DNA of 64,000 nucleotides from an uncultured Acetobacteraceae bacterium (GTDB lineage: Bacteria > Pseudomonadota > Alphaproteobacteria > Acetobacterales > Acetobacteraceae), in the NCBI GenBank assembly GCA_964236715.1, contig CAXSGE010000011.1, positions 14,007-78,006 of the forward strand. The letters run 5' to 3'. Under the pieces are notes generated by a model. The model searched no databases. It was not told the DNA's origin and saw nothing but the letters and a program-made list of their open reading frames with translations. This document shows positions 16,877 to 26,192 of the stretch, in pieces. Position 1 is the first letter of the stretch; the number at the start of each line of letters is the position of its first letter. Both the position numbers and the translations under genes were made by a program.

Positions 16877-17880
16877 GCCGCAGCTTGGCGGTCGACGACG
16901 GCGCGGCGCACAGCCGGGCCGACTTCCTGCTCGAACATGCGCAGGTCTTGTCGATCGCCGCGTTCTTTGCGGTGTGCTGTGTCATCTTCGCCGCGGTCTC
17001 GCCGGTGTTCCTGCTGCCGGGCAACCTGCTCAACCTGCTGCGGCAACTGGCGCCGATGCTGATCGTGGCGTCCGGCATGACCTTTGTCATCACCACCGGA
17101 GGGATCGACCTGTCGGTCGGCTCCATCGTTGCGTTGACCAATGCCTTGACGGCGATCGCCCTGGCCGCCGGGCTGCCCTGGCCGCTGGTGGCAATGGCTA
17201 TGCTGCTGCTGGGCGCCCTGGTCGGCGCATTGCAGGGATGGTTCACCGCGTATCAGCAGATTCCGTCCTTCATTGTTACCCTGGCCGGGCTGTCGATGCT
17301 GCGTGGCTTCGCGTTGCTGCTGACCCAGGGCTACTCGATCCCCATCGCCGGCGCGCCGGGGTTCATGGCGATTGGACGCGGCTGGGCGTTCGGCGTGCCG
17401 GTGCCCGCCGTGCTCGCCGCCGGGGTGGCCGTCGTCTTCTATGTCGTGCTCGGCCAGACCCGCTACGGCCGGCAGATCACCGCGGTCGGCGCCAATGCCG
17501 AGGCGGCGCGCCGGGTTGGCATGCCGGCCCGGCTAGTGGCGGCCTCGGCCTTCATGCTGACCGGCGTCACGTCCGCGATGGCCGGTTTGATCATCGCCGC
17601 GCGGCTCGGGTCCGGCTCGTCCAATGCGGCGGTCGGGTTCGAGCTTGACGTGATCGCTGCCGTGGTGCTGGGCGGCACGTCGCTGCTAGGCGGCAGCGGC
17701 ACGATCATCGGCACGGTGCTCGGGGCCTTGACCATCGCCGTCATCGGCAACGGGCTGATCCTGGTCCACACCTCGCCCTTCCTGGTCCAGATCGTTACCG
17801 GCGCCATCATCCTGGCCGCCATCTGGCTCAACACCCGCGTCTTCGCCCGGCTGACCAATCGCCGGCGCGCTGGCGGCTAG
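16873..17880 (+). CDS. sugar ABC transporter permease (RbsC-like)
   Basis: GGIDLSVG, ELDVIAAVVLGGTS; ATGA overlap. Confidence 0.93.
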   Translation: MSRSLAVDDGAAHSRADFLLEHAQVLSIAAFFAVCCVIFAAVSPVFLLPGNLLNLLRQLAPMLIVASGMTFVITTGGIDLSVGSIVALTNALTAIALAAGLPWPLVAMAMLLLGALVGALQGWFTAYQQIPSFIVTLAGLSMLRGFALLLTQGYSIPIAGAPGFMAIGRGWAFGVPVPAVLAAGVAVVFYVVLGQTRYGRQITAVGANAEAARRVGMPARLVAASAFMLTGVTSAMAGLIIAARLGSGSSNAAVGFELDVIAAVVLGGTSLLGGSGTIIGTVLGALTIAVIGNGLILVHTSPFLVQIVTGAIILAAIWLNTRVFARLTNRRRAGG

Positions 17881-17893
17881 GGGGAATAGCATC

Positions 17894-18955
17894 ATGTCGG
17901 AACTCTCGCCCGCGCATGTCGGTTCCGGCCAGGCGATGACCGTGGCCGGCCCCATTGCGGCGGCCGACCTCGGCGTCACGCTGATGCACGAGCACCTGCT
18001 GAACGATTGCCGCTGCTGGTGGAACAAGCCGAAGGACCCGCGGCGTTCACGGCTTGCCTGCGACCCGGTGCATCCGGGCATCCTGGGCGAGCTGCGCATG
18101 GACCCGTTCGTCAACCTCAGCAACTGCACGCTGGATGACGAGCGCCTGGCCATCGCCGAGCTGGCCGACGTGGCGGCGCTGGGCGGGCGCACCGTGGTCG
18201 ATCCGACCTGCCAGGGCATCGGCCGCGATCCGCGTGCGCTGCTGCGCATTTCGCAGGCGACGCAGCTCAACGTGGTCATGGGCGGCGGCTTCTACCTGCA
18301 AGCCTCGCATCCCGAACGGGTGCACGCCATGTCGGCGGGCGACATCGCCGACGAGATCGTCCGGGAGGCGGTCGAGGGTGTCGCGGGCACCGGCATCCGC
18401 ATCGGCCTGATCGGCGAGATCGGCATCTCCGCCGATATGACGGACGAGGAGCAGAAATCGCTCCGGGGCGCCGCGCAGGCGCAGCGCCGCACCGGATTGC
18501 CGTTGATGGTGCATCTGCCCGGCTGGTTCCGCGTGGCTCACCGCGTGCTGGACGTGGTGGCCAACGAGGGCGGCGACCTGCGCCACACCGTGCTGTGCCA
18601 CATGAACCCGTCCGGCGGCGACGTCGAATATCAGGTGGCGCTCGCGGAACGCGGCGCATTCCTGGAATACGACATGATCGGCATGGATTTCTGGTATGCC
18701 GACCAGGGCGTGCAATGCCCGTCCGACGAGGACAATGCGCGCGCCATCATGGGGCTGATCGAGCGCGGCTGCCTCGACCGGCTGCTGCTGTCGCAGGACG
18801 TGTTCCTCAAGATGATGCTGACCCGGTATGGCGGGTTCGGCTACGCCTATCTCCAGCGGCATTTCCTGCCGCGCCTGCGCCGTCACGGCGTCACCGAGGC
18901 TCAGGTCGCGCAGATGATGGCCGGCAATCCCCGCCGCGTCTTCTGCTCGGTTTGA
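17894..18955 (+). CDS. phosphotriesterase-related (Php/PTER) metallohydrolase
   Basis: GVTLMHEHL, GIGRD, IGEIG, MVHLP, LCHMN, LLSQDVF, NPRRVF. Confidence 0.9.
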   Translation: MSELSPAHVGSGQAMTVAGPIAAADLGVTLMHEHLLNDCRCWWNKPKDPRRSRLACDPVHPGILGELRMDPFVNLSNCTLDDERLAIAELADVAALGGRTVVDPTCQGIGRDPRALLRISQATQLNVVMGGGFYLQASHPERVHAMSAGDIADEIVREAVEGVAGTGIRIGLIGEIGISADMTDEEQKSLRGAAQAQRRTGLPLMVHLPGWFRVAHRVLDVVANEGGDLRHTVLCHMNPSGGDVEYQVALAERGAFLEYDMIGMDFWYADQGVQCPSDEDNARAIMGLIERGCLDRLLLSQDVFLKMMLTRYGGFGYAYLQRHFLPRLRRHGVTEAQVAQMMAGNPRRVFCSV

Positions 18956-18977
18956 GGCCGCGCTTGACCATGCGCCG

Positions 18978-19850
18978 ATGACCACGGTGTTCGTGCTGGG
19001 CAACGCGGGGATCGACCTGTCGCTGGCCTTGCCGCATCTGGCGCGTCCCGGCGAGACCGCCGTCGCCACGTCGGCGATGCGTTCGCCGGGCGGCAAAGGG
19101 CTGAACCAGGCCGTTGTCGCGGCCCGCGCCGGAGCGCGCGTGCGGTTCTGCGCGCCGGTGGGCGCCGATGCGGATGCGGGCGTCGTCGCCGTGGCGCTGG
19201 CGCTTGAGCCGCTGGCGGAGCTGCGGTTGCTGGCCAAGCCGGTCCCGACCGACCAGTCGATCGTCATGGTTGCCGCCGATGGCGAGAACAGCATCGTCAG
19301 CCTGTGTGGCTGCGCCGACGCGCTGACCGCCGCCGAGGCGGCGTCCTTCGCCGCTGAGTCGACGCGCGAGGACTATCTGCTGCTCCAGGGCAACCTGACC
19401 GAGTTGGCGACATTGGCGGCTGCCCGTGCTGCGGCGGCCCGCATCGTGCTGAACGCCGCCCCGTTGCGCTGGCCGATGACGGGACTGCTGCGGTTTTGCG
19501 AGGTGGCGGTTGTCAATCGAGGCGAGGCGGAGGCGATCACAGGTTTGTCCGACCCGGAGGCGGCAGCGTGGCGGCTACGTGCGCTCGGTTGCGCAACGGC
19601 CATTGTCACGCTGGGCGCCGGCGGCTGCCTTTGGGTGGATGCAGGAGGCGCGGGCCACATGGCGGCCGTAGCCGTGACGCCGCTCGACACCGCCGGAGCC
19701 GGGGACACGTTCTGCGGCGTGCTGGTGGCGCAGTTGGGGAGGGGCACCGCCTTGCCGGACGCCATCGCCGCCGCCCAAGCAGCGGCAGCGCTGTCGGTGA
19801 CGCGCCGTGGCGTCTTTGCGGCGTTGCCGCGCGCAGTGGAGCTGGGCTGA
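18978..19850 (+). CDS. PfkB/ribokinase family sugar kinase
   Basis: PGGKGLNQAVVAARAG, DTAGAGDTFCG. Confidence 0.92.
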   Translation: MTTVFVLGNAGIDLSLALPHLARPGETAVATSAMRSPGGKGLNQAVVAARAGARVRFCAPVGADADAGVVAVALALEPLAELRLLAKPVPTDQSIVMVAADGENSIVSLCGCADALTAAEAASFAAESTREDYLLLQGNLTELATLAAARAAAARIVLNAAPLRWPMTGLLRFCEVAVVNRGEAEAITGLSDPEAAAWRLRALGCATAIVTLGAGGCLWVDAGGAGHMAAVAVTPLDTAGAGDTFCGVLVAQLGRGTALPDAIAAAQAAAALSVTRRGVFAALPRAVELG

Positions 19851-20150
19851 GCGGCCACCCACCATTCAGGCTATAGCGGACCCGCGGCTGCATCGAGGAG
19901 ATTTCTGGACTTCAGTCGGGGTTGGGATCAATGCGCCCGCATCCAGCAGGAGAGCGCGACATCTTAGTCGCTGTATGCGGCAGCTCGGCTTCGCTCGCTA
20001 CGGACCGTTTTAATTGCCGTTCCCAAAGGAGGCGCAGACCGAGATCGTCATCATCGGCCCGAACCGCAAAGTTGCGATAAAGAACCGCAAAGCGCTGCAA
20101 GGCCGCAAACGCCCGGCGCGCTAAGCCGTATTCGCGGTGGTGAGGGCACG

Positions 20151-22325
20151 ATGCGGCAGTTATCGATCTACTCGAAAATCATCCTGACCTTGCTCATAAC
20201 GGGCCTGGTTTGTTTAGCGGCGGGCGGCGTCATCGGCTACCGCTCCGGCGAGCAGGCTTTGACGGAGTCCGTGAGCGTGCAGCTCACGGCGCAGCGCGAG
20301 CTTAAGCGCCAGCGGGTCGAAAGCTACATCCGCAACCAGCTTCGCTTTACCCAGGCGATTGGCAGCGCCCCCGAGACCGCCGCGGCCACCAAGGCCCTGA
20401 TCGCCGCGTTCCGGGACATGCACGCGGATGTGCAAGCCGGCACGCCGGGCGCGCAAGCCGACACCGCCGTCTTGGAGGCTTGGTACAACAAGGAGTTCTT
20501 GCCCCATCTGGACAAGATCGCCGGCGACCACACGCCGCTTGAAGGCTTGATGCCTGCCGACCCCGTCGCCCGGCGGCTCCAAGCCGACTACATCGCCAGG
20601 AACCCCGCTCCGACCGGCCAAAAGGGCTTGCTAACCGCCGCGCCGGGCGGCTCGCGGTATGACGCCGCCCACGAGCGCTTTCATGCCATCATGAAGCGCG
20701 CCGCACAAACGGTCGGGTTCTATGACATCAACCTCATGGATGCCGCGACCGGCGACGTCGTTTACACCGTCGCCAAGGAACCCGACTTCGCCAGCAACAT
20801 GTATCACGGCCCCTTCGCCCGCTCCGGCTTCGCCCGTGTGGCGCAGCGCGCCCTCGATCCCGAGAATGGCGGCAAGGCAGTCGTGGAGGACTTCTCGGCA
20901 TACTTGCCTTCGGCCCTCGCGCCGCAGATGTTCACTGCGGTGCCGATCATCGCCGACGGGCAGACCATCGGCGTCTTCGTGGCCCAGATCGACATCAGCA
21001 CCCTCAATTCGCTGCTCACCGACGACGGCGCGTGGCAAAGGACCGGCCAAGGCGAAACGGGCGAGGTGCTGATGGTCGGCGAGGACCGTCTGCTCCGCAG
21101 CCAGTCGCGCTTCATGGCAGCCGATCCCGAGAAGTTCCTCGCCCAGGCGCGGGCGAACGGGCTGCCGTCGTCGGTTGCCGACCAGATACGCACCCTTGGC
21201 ACCACGATCCTCTATATGCCGGACCGCAACAACGCGGTGGAGGGCGCGTTCCACAACAAATCGGGGATCGCTCGCTTCCTCGATTATCGCGGCGTCGAGG
21301 TGGTGTCGGCCTACGGACCCATCGAGATCGCCGGCCTGCGCTGGGCCATACAGGCGAAACAGGACACCGCGGAGGCATTCGCCCCAGCGGCCCGGCTTGA
21401 GCGCAACCTGCTGGTCGCCGCCGCAGCCGCCGCGATCGCGTTGACGTTCCTGGCCCTCGTTTGCGCCCGCCTGTTCATGCGCCCGCTGCAGCGGGTGATA
21501 CGCGCCATGCAGCCGATATTATCGGGGGCTGCGGGGACCAGCGTCGAACCGGTCGAGGTCCACGGCAGCGATGAGTTCGCGGCCCTGGGCCGAGGCTACA
21601 ACGCCATGGTCGCGACCATCGGCATGCGGGAACAGCAGGTCAAGGCGGCGGAGCTGAAATCGGACAGCCTGCTGCGCAGCCTCTATCCCGCCGGGCTCGT
21701 CGAGCGGATGCGCAGCGGGACCGCGCTCACGGCGGAGACGATCCCGAACGTCACGGTCGCGGTCACCTGGATCGACGGACTCGATGCGCTTTCCATGGAC
21801 CGCAGCGCCGCGGAGATGAGCGAAGTGCTGAACACGCTGCTGGACGTGATCGGCGGATCGGCTGCGAGCCACGGCGTCGAGCCGGTGCGCTCGCTGGGCG
21901 AAAGCCACATCCTGGTCTGCGGCTTGTCCTCGCCCCAGCTCGACCATGCCATGCGCACCCTGGCGTGGGCGCAGAGCGCAACCCAAGCGGTGCAACGCCT
22001 CGGGACCGGGTGGGCGTCGTCGATCACGTTGCGGTTCGGCCTTGCGTCGGGCGAGATCGACGTTCTGCTGCTAGGACACGGCAACAGCCTGTATGACATT
22101 TGGGGCCGGACCCTCAGCATCGCCCGGCTTATCGCGCTCCAGGCAGAACCCGGCTTCGTTCGGGTCAGCGAGAGCACTTACAACTTGCTGACCGGCGTCG
22201 AGGGTTTCGAGGCCGTCCCGCCGATCGTGGCCCCGGCGTTCGGCGCCGTGCAGACCTGGGCGCGGCAGGCGGCGCCAGCATCGGCCAGGATGGTATCCGG
22301 ACCGCAAACCCAAGCGGCGGAGTAG
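20151..22325 (+). CDS. membrane sensor: periplasmic Cache-like domain, HAMP and degenerate class III cyclase domain
   Basis: Two TM segments, YTVAKEPDFASN, DYRGVEV, HAMP DEFAALGRGYNAM, cyclase-like LRFGLASG...YDIWG. Confidence 0.85.
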   Translation: MRQLSIYSKIILTLLITGLVCLAAGGVIGYRSGEQALTESVSVQLTAQRELKRQRVESYIRNQLRFTQAIGSAPETAAATKALIAAFRDMHADVQAGTPGAQADTAVLEAWYNKEFLPHLDKIAGDHTPLEGLMPADPVARRLQADYIARNPAPTGQKGLLTAAPGGSRYDAAHERFHAIMKRAAQTVGFYDINLMDAATGDVVYTVAKEPDFASNMYHGPFARSGFARVAQRALDPENGGKAVVEDFSAYLPSALAPQMFTAVPIIADGQTIGVFVAQIDISTLNSLLTDDGAWQRTGQGETGEVLMVGEDRLLRSQSRFMAADPEKFLAQARANGLPSSVADQIRTLGTTILYMPDRNNAVEGAFHNKSGIARFLDYRGVEVVSAYGPIEIAGLRWAIQAKQDTAEAFAPAARLERNLLVAAAAAAIALTFLALVCARLFMRPLQRVIRAMQPILSGAAGTSVEPVEVHGSDEFAALGRGYNAMVATIGMREQQVKAAELKSDSLLRSLYPAGLVERMRSGTALTAETIPNVTVAVTWIDGLDALSMDRSAAEMSEVLNTLLDVIGGSAASHGVEPVRSLGESHILVCGLSSPQLDHAMRTLAWAQSATQAVQRLGTGWASSITLRFGLASGEIDVLLLGHGNSLYDIWGRTLSIARLIALQAEPGFVRVSESTYNLLTGVEGFEAVPPIVAPAFGAVQTWARQAAPASARMVSGPQTQAAE

Positions 22326-22329
22326 CTCG

Positions 22330-23763
22330 ATGACCGATCTTCTGCCCTGGCCCTCATTCTCGGGCAACGCCGTATGGGCGCTCGTGCTGATGCTGGGCTA
22401 TCCAACGGTGGCGATCGGGTTGATCGAGGCCTCCCGCGCGCTTGGCGCCCGCAACGAGTTCACGTCCGACATCCTGCGCCAGCTTGCCTATCTGCTGCTG
22501 CCCACAGGCGCGGCCTGGCTGATCCTGCGGGTGCTGGCCGAACTGCCGCCCGACAATTGGGCTGTGCGCACCGTCGAAACCGCGTTCGCGCTCACCAGCC
22601 TGTATCTCCTGCTCCGGCTTGCCCAGGCAGGGCTGATGCGCCTGCTCGATGAGCAGATGAGCGCGCCGAAACTGCTGCTCGACATCCTGCGCATTGGCCT
22701 GTCGCTGGTTTGGGGCGCGGTGGCGGTGTCGAGAATCTGGGATGTCGATCTCGCCAGCCTGTTCGCCGCGGTGGGCGTTGGCTCGATCGTGCTCGGCTTT
22801 GCCCTGCAGGAGTTCTTGGGCAACCTCCTGTCCGGCCTCGGGCTGCTCTCGGCGCACAAGTTCGGCATCGGCGACTGGATCGTCATCGACGGCAAGGCCG
22901 CCCGGGTGGTGGAGATGGACTGGCGCACCGTGACGCTGGTCAACAACGACGGCAGCCGCCTCGTCGTCGCCAACAGCACGCTCGCGAAGGGCAACCTGGT
23001 CATCGCCGCCCGCTCGAACGACCCCGCCGCCATCACCATTCCGCTGACGTTCGGCGTCGACATCCCGCCCGAATTGGTCCGCGAGGCCGTGCTGGAAGCC
23101 GGGGGCGCGCTCCCGGGCATGGTCGGCGCCGGAAGCGTGAAATGCCGTGTGACCGCGATCTCGGACACGGCAATAAACTATGCGGCGGTACTGCCCGTCG
23201 CAAACCCAGGAATCCTTTCAGGCCCGCGCGACGAGTTCCTCAGCCGGTTCTGGTATGTCGCCCAGCGTCGCGGATTGCGGCTGCAGATTGGGCCGGCGCC
23301 TGACGGAGCGGCCGCGCCCGACGCGCAATCCCGCCTCCGGATGCTCACGACGGCGGGCGTTTTCCACGGCGACGCCGACGTCCTGTCACAGCTCGCGCAG
23401 GCCAGCGCCTTCCGCCGTTACCGCCGCGGCGACCTCGTGATGTCAGCCGGTGCGGTCGCGCCGGATGCCGTCCTGGTGTTGGCGGGCGAGCTCGCCGTGT
23501 CGGTGCCGAACACGGGCGTCGAGGCCCGGCTTGAATTGGTCGGGTCGGGACAGCTTTTTGTCCTGCATGAAATCTTGGCCGGCGGCTCCTGCCCTGTTCG
23601 CGTCGTGGCGGAAGCGGACGCCGACGTGCTGGCGATCCCTGCTGCGGCCCTGGCCGACGTGATGGAGCGCAACCGTGTCATCCTTCGCGACGTGAATGCA
23701 CTGGCGGAGGCGCGGCGCCTCGCCATCAAGCCGCTGAACCGGGGCCTGCGCACCGCCGCGTGA
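22330..23763 (+). CDS. MscS-family mechanosensitive channel with C-terminal cNMP-binding-like domain
   Basis: LGFALQEFLGNLLSG, FGIGDWI, MDWRTV, ANSTL; C-terminal YRRGDLV...VLAGEL CNB fold. Confidence 0.9.
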   Translation: MTDLLPWPSFSGNAVWALVLMLGYPTVAIGLIEASRALGARNEFTSDILRQLAYLLLPTGAAWLILRVLAELPPDNWAVRTVETAFALTSLYLLLRLAQAGLMRLLDEQMSAPKLLLDILRIGLSLVWGAVAVSRIWDVDLASLFAAVGVGSIVLGFALQEFLGNLLSGLGLLSAHKFGIGDWIVIDGKAARVVEMDWRTVTLVNNDGSRLVVANSTLAKGNLVIAARSNDPAAITIPLTFGVDIPPELVREAVLEAGGALPGMVGAGSVKCRVTAISDTAINYAAVLPVANPGILSGPRDEFLSRFWYVAQRRGLRLQIGPAPDGAAAPDAQSRLRMLTTAGVFHGDADVLSQLAQASAFRRYRRGDLVMSAGAVAPDAVLVLAGELAVSVPNTGVEARLELVGSGQLFVLHEILAGGSCPVRVVAEADADVLAIPAAALADVMERNRVILRDVNALAEARRLAIKPLNRGLRTAA

Positions 23764-23942
23764 AGCCGGAGCATCGAGTTGCACGATGGATGGCGGCGGC
23801 CTGGGCGAAGTGCCCCAGCCCGAAGATCGGCGTCGTGGCGACGCCGCCTATTCCCTTCGGCGGGCTGAGATGCTTGTCTTGATGCCCGCGATATTGCCGC
23901 CGGGGCCAGCACGCGCCGCAGCCGGATCAAGGAGGGCCAGCC

Positions 23943-25343
23943 ATGTCGTCCGCAGACTTGCATTACCTGCCGCTGCTCGAAGTCTCGGAGCGCATCCGGC
24001 GGCGGGAGCTCTCGCCCGTGACGGTGGCCGACGCGATCCTTGACCGGATCGCCCGGCTGGACGGGCAGGCGCGCAGCTACACGGCCGTGCTGGCGGACCG
24101 TGCCCGTACCGCCGCCGCGCGTGCGGAGGCGGAGATCGCCGCCGGCTTCTGGCGCGGCCCGCTGCACGGCGTCCCGCTTGCGGTGAAGGACCTCTGCGCC
24201 ACCAGCTTCGCGCCGACCACCGGCGGCATGCCGCTGCGGCGGAACTCGACGCCTGACCACGACGCGACGGTCGTGCGCCGCCTTGAGGACGCCGGCGCGG
24301 TGATCCTCGGCAAGCTGCAGATGACCGAGGGCGCCTACACCAGCCATCATCCGGACGATCCGCCGCCGCTCAACCCTTGGAATGCCGCGCACTGGGTCGG
24401 CTCGTCGTCGACCGGGTCGGGCGTCGCGACGGCGCTGGGCCTGTGCTTCGGCTCGCTCGGCTCGGATACCGGGGGATCGATCCGGTTCCCGTCGGCCACC
24501 TGCGGGCTGACCGGGATCAAGCCGACCTGGGGGCGGGTCAGCCGGCATGGCATCCTGCCGCTGGGGGCGTCGCTCGATCACGTCGGGCCGATGGCGCGTA
24601 ACGCGGCCGATGCGGCGGCGATCCTGGGCGTCATCGCCGGCGCCGATGCGGACGACCCGACCGCGATCCAGCAGCCAGTGCCCGATTATCTCGCAGAACT
24701 GGGCCGGGGCATCAGCGGCGTCACCATCGGGATCGACCGCAGCTACAACGGCGACGGCATCGACCGCGAGGTCACCGAAGCCGTGCGGGCCGCGGAGGGC
24801 GTCTTGGCGGCCCTCGGCGCGCGAATCCGCGAGATCGAGTTCCCGCCGACGGACGCGCTGCTGCGCGGCTGGATTCCGTTCTGCGCCGTCGAAACAGCGA
24901 TCGCGCACCAGGGCAGCTACCCGGCGCGCGCCGGCGAATATGGCCCGGACCTCGCCAACCTGATCGAGCACGGGCGGCGGATGTCGGCGACCGAGTTCGG
25001 CGGGATCATGCACGAGCGGCTGGAGTTCTCCGGACGGCTGGCCGCGGTGTTCCAAGACGTGGACCTGCTGCTGATGCCGACCATGCCGGTTCCGGTGCCA
25101 AGCCTGGACCGCATGGCGGAGTATGGGCAGGACGATGGGGTGCTGCTGCGGATGCTGCGCTTCACCGCCCCGTTCAACTGGGCGGGCAACCCGACCATCA
25201 CCCTGCCGAGCGGCATGGACGCGGCGGGCCTGCCGCTCAGCCTGCAGCTTGTCGGGCCGCACGTGTCGGAGGCGCTGCTGTGCCGCGCCGGACACGCGTT
25301 CCAGCAGCGCACCGATTGGCATACGCGGCGCCCGCCGGGGTGA
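23943..25343 (+). CDS. amidase (amidase signature family)
   Basis: GPLHGVPLAVKD, GSSSTGS, GSDTGGSIRFPS. Confidence 0.95.
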   Translation: MSSADLHYLPLLEVSERIRRRELSPVTVADAILDRIARLDGQARSYTAVLADRARTAAARAEAEIAAGFWRGPLHGVPLAVKDLCATSFAPTTGGMPLRRNSTPDHDATVVRRLEDAGAVILGKLQMTEGAYTSHHPDDPPPLNPWNAAHWVGSSSTGSGVATALGLCFGSLGSDTGGSIRFPSATCGLTGIKPTWGRVSRHGILPLGASLDHVGPMARNAADAAAILGVIAGADADDPTAIQQPVPDYLAELGRGISGVTIGIDRSYNGDGIDREVTEAVRAAEGVLAALGARIREIEFPPTDALLRGWIPFCAVETAIAHQGSYPARAGEYGPDLANLIEHGRRMSATEFGGIMHERLEFSGRLAAVFQDVDLLLMPTMPVPVPSLDRMAEYGQDDGVLLRMLRFTAPFNWAGNPTITLPSGMDAAGLPLSLQLVGPHVSEALLCRAGHAFQQRTDWHTRRPPG

Positions 25344-25367
25344 TGGCTGGGTCGCGGCAGCTTCCAT

Positions 25368-25383
25368 CGGCACGAAAGTCGCA
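25368..25383 (+). promoter_or_regulatory. candidate sigma54 promoter
   Basis: CGGCACGAAAGTCGCA: GG-N10-GC spacing, about 40 nt upstream of the SDR start. Confidence 0.45.
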
Positions 25384-25422
25384 TTGATATCCAAAAGCTG
25401 CACAAAGCCGGAAGGATGGTTC

Positions 25423-26184
25423 ATGGATCTCGGGCTCAAAGGACGCCGCGCGCTCATCACCGGCGGCACGAAGGGGATTGGCCGCGCCATTGCGGAGTGC
25501 TTCGCCCAGGAGGGCGCGAATGTGGCCCTGTGCGCGCGCAATGCGGGCGAAGTCGCCGACGCCGTTTCCGCGTTGCGCGGCAAAGGCGTGGCAGCATTCG
25601 GCCAGGCGCTCGATGTTGCGGACGGACCCGGGCTGCACAGTTTCGTCGAGGCAGCCGCAGCCGCACTGGGCGGGCTGGACATCGTGGTGGCCAACGTCAG
25701 CGCACTGGCGATCGGCCAGGATGAAGCCGCCTGGCGCGCCGAGTTCGAAACGGACCTGATGGGGGCGGTGCGCCTGGTAGAGGCCGCCCTGCCCCACCTG
25801 GAGCGGTCCGGCGCGGCCTCGATCACTTTCATCTCCAGCGTGTCCGGTCGCGAGATCGACTTTGCTGCAGGCGCCTACGGGGCGATGAAGGCGGCACTGG
25901 TGCACTACGCCCAGGGCCTCGCCTTCCAGCTCGCGGGCAAGAACATCCGGGCCAACACGGTTTCGCCGGGCAACACCTATTTCGACGGCGGCGTATGGGC
26001 GCGGATCGAGCGCGACAACCCGGCGTTCTTCGCCCAGGCATTGGCGCTCAACCCCACCGGACGCATGGGGAAACCCGAGGAGATGGCTCGCGCAACCGTG
26101 TTCATTGCAAGCCCGGCCGCGAGTTTCGTCAGCGGCACAAACCTGGTCGTGGACGGAGCGTTGACGCGAGGGGTGCAGCTTTGA
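25423..26184 (+). CDS. short-chain dehydrogenase/reductase
   Basis: TGGTKGIG, YGAMK, NTVSPG. Confidence 0.93.
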   Translation: MDLGLKGRRALITGGTKGIGRAIAECFAQEGANVALCARNAGEVADAVSALRGKGVAAFGQALDVADGPGLHSFVEAAAAALGGLDIVVANVSALAIGQDEAAWRAEFETDLMGAVRLVEAALPHLERSGAASITFISSVSGREIDFAAGAYGAMKAALVHYAQGLAFQLAGKNIRANTVSPGNTYFDGGVWARIERDNPAFFAQALALNPTGRMGKPEEMARATVFIASPAASFVSGTNLVVDGALTRGVQL

Positions 26185-26192
26185 CGGGGAGG

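Noticed and set aside
19869-20012. Possible IS-end remnant after the PfkB gene
   Set aside because: No matching inverted repeat or transposase motif could be identified
23790-23845. Minus-strand TPIFGLGHFAQAAA resembling a Rossmann N-terminus
   Set aside because: Too short, no start codon; may be chance
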